From the NCBI GenBank assembly GCA_963730935.1, contig CAVSTP010000002.1:736001-800000 (forward strand): a DNA stretch of 64,000 nucleotides, written 5' to 3'. How positions within the stretch are numbered: the first letter of the stretch is position 1; every line of letters starts with the position of its first letter. The DNA comes from an uncultured Nitrospiraceae bacterium. Lineage in GTDB: Bacteria; Nitrospirota; Nitrospiria; Nitrospirales; Nitrospiraceae. A model generated the notes under the pieces. It had not been told where the DNA came from, did not search any database, and was given only the letters and a program-made list of their open reading frames with translations. The translations under genes were made by a program, and so were the position numbers. Positions 57,710-64,000 of this stretch are shown piece by piece.

Positions 57710-58549
57710 CTATTCGATGGTGAAGTTCAGCACCATGCCTTTGGCGGCATGGGATTCACTGATGTGAGGATTGGAAAACAAGCACATGATGGTATAGCGG
57801 CCGGGAGTTAACTCCGCCGTGAAGGTCCCGTCGCGTCCCGGCTCGAGGCCGCTCATGCCGCCGATGAGTGTCCCCGGCAGACGCGAAGGGTTGTCCTGGT
57901 CGAACGCCTTGAGCACATCATCCGCCGATGCATCCGCATGCAGACGGATGATACTCGCCTGATGAGTTTGATGGCCCCGATTGATGACGTAGAAGCTATG
58001 GCGGCCCTTTCTCAGCGGTTGGACCACGACAAACTCATACTCGAACATGGCCATATGGAAGTTGCCTTCAAACTCAGGAGGAGCTGGCTTCGTGTCCAGG
58101 ACACGCAGCGCCTTTTGCATGCCGAGCGACGCATGGCTTTGATGGTTCTTGCCGGGAATGCCGCAGATGATGACGTAGGAACCGGGCTCCAGGTACAACG
58201 TCGCTTCCGACACCTGGCCGGCATCCACCCCGTTCGGACCTCCCATGTGCTTGGCCCAGGACGGAATGGTGCGAGTGCCTGATTTGAGAGCCGTCCCCAG
58301 ATCGGCGGGAGTCTTGCCTTCCTCCAGCTTAAGAAATTGCACTTGATGCGGTTCTTTTCCACGATTGCGCAAGCGGACTGTCGTTTGACCGGCCGTCAGC
58401 TGATCGGGACCATCGAATCTGTGTTCCCAGGCAGAGAATGTGGCAACGTTCGACTGTGGAGGAGGGACCGCCGCTGAGATGATCCAGAATGCAGCAATCG
58501 CGAGACAGGCGACCGCGCTCTGGAATACGAACCAATGACTCAACCGCAT
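57710..58549 (-). CDS. Exported protein with two cupredoxin-like domains
   Basis: H...GSYVIICGIP....SHASLGM and H...GRYTIMCLF.....SHAAKGM. Confidence 0.82.
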   Translation of the reverse strand: MRLSHWFVFQSAVACLAIAAFWIISAAVPPPQSNVATFSAWEHRFDGPDQLTAGQTTVRLRNRGKEPHQVQFLKLEEGKTPADLGTALKSGTRTIPSWAKHMGGPNGVDAGQVSEATLYLEPGSYVIICGIPGKNHQSHASLGMQKALRVLDTKPAPPEFEGNFHMAMFEYEFVVVQPLRKGRHSFYVINRGHQTHQASIIRLHADASADDVLKAFDQDNPSRLPGTLIGGMSGLEPGRDGTFTAELTPGRYTIMCLFSNPHISESHAAKGMVLNFTIE

Positions 58550-58667
58550 GATGTCCTTCCTTTGCTTCAACCTGACTAGGTCATGAGGCACGCGAAGGAC
58601 CGGCCGCCCTATTAATAACTTTACCTACACTGTTTAGCAATAGAGCCATTTGGATCAATGGACGCCT

Positions 58668-59603
58668 CTAGGCCATTGATTCGCGGCCGTGCGGCTCGGA
58701 GAGGTCTTGCGCCGGACCGAGAGGAACAATCCGGGTGGGATTGATGTCGTCGTGCGTGATGTAATAGTGCCGCTTGATATGGTCGAAGTTGACCGTGTCG
58801 GCGATGCCGTCGATCTGGTAGAGATCTCTCAGGTAGCCGAACAGGTGGTGATAGTCGACGATGCGGCGGAGATTGCACTTGAAATGGCCGTGGTAGACGG
58901 CATCGAACCGTACCAGCGTCACGAAGAGCCGCCAATCCGTTTCGGTGACTTCTGAGCCGAAGAGATAACGACGGTCGGCGAGGCGCTGCTCCACCCGGTC
59001 GAGCGTCTCGAACAGTCGGCGCACCGCCCTTTCGTACGCGGCCTGTGAGGTCGCGAACCCTGCGCGATACACGCCATTGTTCACCTGCTCGTAGAGAAGG
59101 CCGTTCCACTCGTCGACCTCCTGACGGAGCGGTTCCGGATACAAATCGAGACGGCTCTTCGTGAATCGATTGAACTCGCTATTGAACATGCGCATGAGGT
59201 CGTCGTCGGAATTCGACACGATGCGCTTGGTCACGGTATCCCACAGCACCGGCACGGTGACGCGCCCACGATATGTGGGATCGGTCGCATGATAGGCTTC
59301 GCTGAGAAACCGGAAGCCATTGAGCGCGTCCTGCGAATGACCCGGTCCGTCCCGAAAGGCCCAGCCCCGCTCATTGCGAATCGGATCGACGACGGTCATG
59401 CCGATCACCGGCTCCAGCTGCTTGAGCTTCCGCACGATGATCGTCCGGTGCGCCCATGGACAGGCCCAGGACACGTAGAGATGATACCGGCCTGCGGCGG
59501 CTGGATAGCCTGAACGGCCGTCCGCCGTCACCCACCCACGGAAGGCATCGTCTTGACGTCTGAACTCGCCGGCCGCCGATTGTTCCATCGGGAATTGCGC
59601 CAT
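58668..59603 (-). CDS. Glutathionyl-hydroquinone reductase (YqjG/Xi-class GST)
   Basis: YHLYVSWACPWAHR, TVPVLWD, NNGVYRAGFA, RFDAVY..HFKCN, HIKRHYY. Confidence 0.93.
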   Translation of the reverse strand: MAQFPMEQSAAGEFRRQDDAFRGWVTADGRSGYPAAAGRYHLYVSWACPWAHRTIIVRKLKQLEPVIGMTVVDPIRNERGWAFRDGPGHSQDALNGFRFLSEAYHATDPTYRGRVTVPVLWDTVTKRIVSNSDDDLMRMFNSEFNRFTKSRLDLYPEPLRQEVDEWNGLLYEQVNNGVYRAGFATSQAAYERAVRRLFETLDRVEQRLADRRYLFGSEVTETDWRLFVTLVRFDAVYHGHFKCNLRRIVDYHHLFGYLRDLYQIDGIADTVNFDHIKRHYYITHDDINPTRIVPLGPAQDLSEPHGRESMA

Positions 59604-59834
59604 CTCTCCCGCTCGAAAGGTACGTCGCTGCCCTAAAGTATGGCACAGAGCCATCCGGTGAAAACAGGTGAGCGCAGGCGGCCCCACAGGAGCTCGTCTC
59701 CAGAAGTCGCACGAGAGCCTGCAGCGGCTTGTGGCTAGAGGTCTGCCGAGTAGCGCCTCCGGCAACTTTCGCCCCTGAATAATAGAGTGGACAGGCCGTC
59801 GAGGAAGAACATCGGACAACCTCAGGAGTAGCCC

Positions 59835-61079
59835 ATGGGGTTACAACCATCGGATCTGGCCCGGTTGCGTGAAAAGGCGGAACAGCTGAACCGGCGGTCT
59901 TTACATGCGCTGCCGAAGGTGACTCCGCAAAATGTGGAGTCGCTAGTGCATGAACTGCGTGTGCACCAGGTCGAATTGGAGCTGAAATGTCAGGAACTCC
60001 ACCGCTTGCAGGCCGAAGCAGAAGAGAGCCGGAACCGCTACCGTGAATTGTACGAATCCATTCCGATCGGCTATGCCACGATCGATGTGACGGGAAAAAT
60101 CCACGATGTGAATCCCGCCGGCGCCGCACTGCTGGGTGTCGACTCGACGCACGAGATGAAAAACCTCTACGCATGTTTCGCCGACGGCGACGGAGATGCA
60201 GCCCTCCTCTTCCTTCGTAACGTATTGAACGATGATGCGGCCGGTTCCTGTGATTTGAGGATGAGGAAGCCGGACGGAGGGATGTTCCTCGCCGCAGTGC
60301 AAGCGGCTCCCGTCAAGAACGGGGAGGGCAAGCGGGAACGGCTCAGGATTGCATTCAAAGATATCACCAGACGCAAGGAGGTCGAGGAATCGTTGCGCCA
60401 GCATCAACTCGAGCTTGAGGCCAACCGGATCGAGCTTCAGGAGTTGATGGCAAAGCTCTTCACCGCTCAAGAAGAGGAACGCCGGCGCATCGCCTGCGAT
60501 CTGCACGATGACCATTGCCAACGCATTACCGCGTTAATTCTCGAAGCGAGCGCTATGGAGAAACTGGTGAGATCCGTGATGCCGTCCTTGATGCCCCGTA
60601 TGAGCTCGCTGAAGAACAAACTCGGCGACATCCTCGACGATTTCCGTCATCTAACCCACGAACTCCATCCGCGGCACCTCGACACGGTCTCTCTGGCCTG
60701 TTCGATGCGGACGTACATCAAAGAGTTTGTGGAATACGCAAGTCTCGATGTGGACTTCAAGGAACATGCCGTGCCGGCCCATTTGCCAATGCCGATCACC
60801 ATTTGTCTGTACCGCTTGTTGCAGGAAAGCCTTGGCAATATCCGCAAACACGCGAACGCTCAGCACGTCTCCGTCCAACTGTCAGGCGACCAACGGGAGG
60901 TCGAGCTTCGGGTCTCGGGTGACGGGACCGGGTTCAACTACGGAGACAGTAAGAAGGGCCTGGGCTTGACCAGTATGCAGGAGCGCGTGCGTCCCTTGCG
61001 CGGCCATATCGCCATTGACAGTTCCCCCGGCCGGGGCACTTCGGTCGCAGTCAAGATTCCTCTGCCTTCAGAGGCGTGA
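59835..61079 (+). CDS. PAS-HisKA_3 histidine kinase
   Basis: HELRVHQVELE coiled coil, PAS, EERRRIACDLHDD, QESLGNIRKHA; G1 box altered. Confidence 0.9.
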   Translation: MGLQPSDLARLREKAEQLNRRSLHALPKVTPQNVESLVHELRVHQVELELKCQELHRLQAEAEESRNRYRELYESIPIGYATIDVTGKIHDVNPAGAALLGVDSTHEMKNLYACFADGDGDAALLFLRNVLNDDAAGSCDLRMRKPDGGMFLAAVQAAPVKNGEGKRERLRIAFKDITRRKEVEESLRQHQLELEANRIELQELMAKLFTAQEEERRRIACDLHDDHCQRITALILEASAMEKLVRSVMPSLMPRMSSLKNKLGDILDDFRHLTHELHPRHLDTVSLACSMRTYIKEFVEYASLDVDFKEHAVPAHLPMPITICLYRLLQESLGNIRKHANAQHVSVQLSGDQREVELRVSGDGTGFNYGDSKKGLGLTSMQERVRPLRGHIAIDSSPGRGTSVAVKIPLPSEA

Positions 61080-61150
61080 GCCGCCACTCGCTCATCGCTC
61101 TCTTCAAAGTAATCAGCACATTCGGGTTCACCCGCACTCCAGAGAGCGGG

Positions 61151-61507
61151 CTATTGTTGTGACAAGAGCCGAATATAGGCCAGGACGTCCTGCATTTCTC
61201 CGTCGGTGAGACGACCCCGCCACGAGTGCATAGGGCTGAAGACGCCGCCGTGCTCGATCATCCGTAACAAGGTCTCATCCGACTTCAAAAAGGAACCGGG
61301 ACGATGGAAGTTGGCCGGCGCGACCGTGAGCAACAAGGCGTTGGGTCCGTCGCCGTAGCCTCGGGCGCCGTGACAGGTCATGCAGTGACGTTCATAGATG
61401 GTTTTGCCTCGGGAAACATCAGCAGGATAGTCCTGCGCCAGGATGAGAGGTGTGGCCGGACCGATCGAGAGTGCGATGGCAATCAGCGCAGCAATGTTGA
61501 TCGTCAC
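61151..61507 (-). CDS. Monoheme c-type cytochrome
   Basis: Signal peptide, CMTCH, GYGDGP, distal Met in SPMHSW. Confidence 0.9.
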   Translation of the reverse strand: MTINIAALIAIALSIGPATPLILAQDYPADVSRGKTIYERHCMTCHGARGYGDGPNALLLTVAPANFHRPGSFLKSDETLLRMIEHGGVFSPMHSWRGRLTDGEMQDVLAYIRLLSQQ

Positions 61508-61675
61508 GAAGGGCCTCTCATTTCCGGTGATACCCGAGCCGGGAAAAAATTTGAGCAAATCCACGGCCGTTTGCAAGGTTCCGGCATGATGATAGTTGAT
61601 TCTGGCAGGAGGATGTACCACACTGCGTCCTCTAGTGTAAAAAATCCACATCGTCCATGAGTGAGGAGTCTATCG

Positions 61676-62953
61676 ATGGTGAGTGCGTCACGTCCCATTG
61701 TCGGCATGCTCGTCGGAGGGGGACCAGCTCCGGGCATCAACAGCGTCATCAGCGCGGTCACGATTCGCAGCATCATTGGCGGTTCGGAAGTGCTCGGTTT
61801 TCTCGACGGATTCAAATGGCTCATGGAAGGCAGCACCGCGCATGTGCATCCGATCTCCATCGAGGAAGTCAGCCGCATCCATTTTCGGGGCGGCTCGCAT
61901 TTGGGCACCTCTCGAGCCAATCCCACCAAGAAGCCGGAGCATCTGGATCGCGTCCTGTCCACCCTGACGAGTCTCGGCGTCACCCGCCTGGTCACGATCG
62001 GGGGAGACGATACGGCATTTTCCGCGCTCAAGTTGGAAGCGCGGTCTCAGGGGCGACTACAAGTAGTGCACGTGCCGAAAACCATCGACAACGACCTGGA
62101 TCTACCCCACGGAATTCCCACCTTTGGCTTTCAGACCGCGCGTCATCTCGGCGTGGAAATTCTCAAAAACCTTATGGTGGATGCGCAGACCACGTCGCGC
62201 TGGTATCTCACGGTCACCATGGGACGCAAGGCCGGGCATCTGGCGCTTGGCATTGGAAAAGCAGCTGGGGCCACGCTCACCATTATTCCTGAGGAATTCG
62301 CCGATCGCCCGGTCAAACTTCAGCGTCTCGTGGATGCCGTCATCGGGACCATGATCAAGCGCTTCGAAAGCGGACGGACGGATGGCGTGATCGTCCTGGC
62401 GGAAGGCTTGGTCGAGATCGTCGATCAGAACGATCTGGGTGGGCTCGATCACGTCGAGCGCGATGAACATGGCCATTTGCGTCTGTCCGAAGTGGACATC
62501 GGGGACCTGCTCAGGCGCGAGGTGACCAAAGGATTGAAAGCGTTGGGGCTCTCGGTCACGGTGGTTTCAAAAAACGTCGGGTATGAGCTGCGCTGCGCCG
62601 ATCCGATTCCCTACGACATCGAATACACCCGCGATCTCGGGTATTGTGCCGCTCAACATCTCCTTGACGGCGGGACAGCCGCCATGGTTTCCATTCAAGA
62701 CGGCCGCTTTGCCCCGATTCCGTTTAAGGCGATGCTCGATCCGGTCACAGGACGCGCGCGTGTAAGGATGGTGGACACGGACTCTCAGTCGTATCACATT
62801 GCGCGGCAGTACATGATTCGACTCGACGATGAGGATTTCAAAGATCCCGAGCGATTGGCGCGCCATGCGGCGCTCGTGCATCTGTCGCCTGAGGCGTTCA
62901 CGCAGCGGTTCGCCCCGGTCGTCCGCAAAGATAGCCGGAAAGGGGCGACGTGA
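61676..62953 (+). CDS. pfp: Pyrophosphate-dependent phosphofructokinase
   Basis: GGGPAPG, GGDD, PKTIDND, TMGR, GYELRC. Confidence 0.9.
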   Translation: MVSASRPIVGMLVGGGPAPGINSVISAVTIRSIIGGSEVLGFLDGFKWLMEGSTAHVHPISIEEVSRIHFRGGSHLGTSRANPTKKPEHLDRVLSTLTSLGVTRLVTIGGDDTAFSALKLEARSQGRLQVVHVPKTIDNDLDLPHGIPTFGFQTARHLGVEILKNLMVDAQTTSRWYLTVTMGRKAGHLALGIGKAAGATLTIIPEEFADRPVKLQRLVDAVIGTMIKRFESGRTDGVIVLAEGLVEIVDQNDLGGLDHVERDEHGHLRLSEVDIGDLLRREVTKGLKALGLSVTVVSKNVGYELRCADPIPYDIEYTRDLGYCAAQHLLDGGTAAMVSIQDGRFAPIPFKAMLDPVTGRARVRMVDTDSQSYHIARQYMIRLDDEDFKDPERLARHAALVHLSPEAFTQRFAPVVRKDSRKGAT

Positions 62954-63810
62954 TGCAAGTATTGGTCGCCACCGACGGATCGAAATACGGGAAATGGGCG
63001 CTGGAGTGGGTCGCCCGATTGCCGCTGGCCGAGCCGCCGACCGTCAAGGTGGTCCATATAGTGGATCTGCGCACGCTCCGAGCGCCGTTCATGCTGCAGC
63101 CGGTGGTGGCTGGGACCGAACGCTATCTCAAGGCCGAGGTGGCGAAATTCCTGACCCACGCGAAGCGTGCGAAGGAAGAGGCAACTGCCGCCATGAAGTC
63201 CTTACGGCTGAGAGGGCGCGTCGTGACCGAGCGTGGGCCGGTCGCGGCAACGATCGTCAAAGCTGCCAAGCGGGGCGTCCAGTTGGTGGCAGTTGGTTCC
63301 CGCGGTTTGGACGCCCTTGACCGGTTCATGTTGGGCAGCGTGTCGACCCATGCCATCCACCATGTCTCCTGCTCAGTGCTGGTGGTGAGGGAAGCGCCGC
63401 GAACGATCCGGCATATGGTCCTCGCCGTCGATGGGTCCGCCGCGTCAAAACGCGCGGTGCAGTTCGTGCTGCGGACAATGAGGCCGACCGCAAACGCACG
63501 CGACCGAGAGCCGGTGATGGTCACGGTCACGCATGCCATGCCGTTTCTGAATTACCCGGAGTTGCGCCAGGCCGGAAGCGCCCTGGTGGAGGAGTGCTCA
63601 AGAAAATTGCTTCAAGCCGGCTATCGTGTCGAGCAGATGCCGACGATCGGCAATCCGGCGGACGAGATTCTGAAAGTCGCCGAGACCCACGAGACAGATC
63701 TGATTGTGAGCGGCGCCACAGGCTTGGGCGCCGTTGGACGGTTCCTCTTGGGCAGCGTATCCACCAGGGTTGTGCAGCATGCGCGCTGTTCCGTGTTGGT
63801 CGTGCGGTGA
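62950..63810 (+). CDS. Universal stress protein (tandem USP)
   Basis: VATDGS, GSRG..LGSVS, second USP domain ending CSVLVVR. Confidence 0.93.
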   Translation: MMQVLVATDGSKYGKWALEWVARLPLAEPPTVKVVHIVDLRTLRAPFMLQPVVAGTERYLKAEVAKFLTHAKRAKEEATAAMKSLRLRGRVVTERGPVAATIVKAAKRGVQLVAVGSRGLDALDRFMLGSVSTHAIHHVSCSVLVVREAPRTIRHMVLAVDGSAASKRAVQFVLRTMRPTANARDREPVMVTVTHAMPFLNYPELRQAGSALVEECSRKLLQAGYRVEQMPTIGNPADEILKVAETHETDLIVSGATGLGAVGRFLLGSVSTRVVQHARCSVLVVR

Positions 63811-63837
63811 CGCATGTGTGATGGAGACAAGCGGCGT

Positions 63838-64000
63838 ATGAGTCGGATGCGCGATCAACGTGGCCTTGGCGCGGGATGCTGGCTTGTGCGACGGGCTGGC
63901 ACCGGACTCCTTGTGTTGCTCTGTCTCTCCGTCTTCTTCCAAATGCTCGGGGTACCGGCGCCGCTGCTGGATGCCGGCGGGTCCTTCGAGATTGATGACT
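63838..64000 (+). CDS. Hypothetical membrane protein (partial, runs off window)
   Basis: RBS GGAG; MSRMRDQ...LLVLLCLSVFFQMLGVP. Confidence 0.5.
   Translation, partial: MSRMRDQRGLGAGCWLVRRAGTGLLVLLCLSVFFQMLGVPAPLLDAGGSFEIDD

Overview
GC-rich bacterial chromosome segment. Gene content (PilZ singles, small CxxC proteins, DUF2934, a standalone MEKHLA domain, an mpsC/DAB-type carbon uptake locus) suggests a Nitrospira-like organism; this is inference. About 1-36 kb is mostly core or semi-core: a truncated NuoL/DabB(MpsA)-like gene with a structured, terminator-containing 5' leader, divergent DUF2294 (MpsC)-beta carbonic anhydrase-selO, a 1074-aa uncharacterised receptor-like membrane protein, two alpha/beta hydrolases, ettA, SulP, tldD/E, msrA, PilZ/PilB, cysQ-like, corA, leuCD, MscS and xth. 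About 36-64 kb looks accessory: a four-gene phosphorelay, USP/PRTase/DLH stress genes, small Cys proteins, a lipase-CBS plus patatin lipoprotein pair, exported YqgE and FKBP, redox genes and a PPi-dependent PFK, with several decayed genes. I saw no rRNA, tRNA, CRISPR array, transposase, integrase or reverse transcriptase. Best leads: (1) a putative attenuator in front of the inorganic-carbon transporter gene, possibly read by the divergently encoded MpsC-family protein; (2) a palindromic REP/MITE-like unit inserted twice in frame in a hydrolase; (3) the large extracytoplasmic-domain plus ~7-8 TM protein. Family calls come from motif recognition by eye, not database searches.
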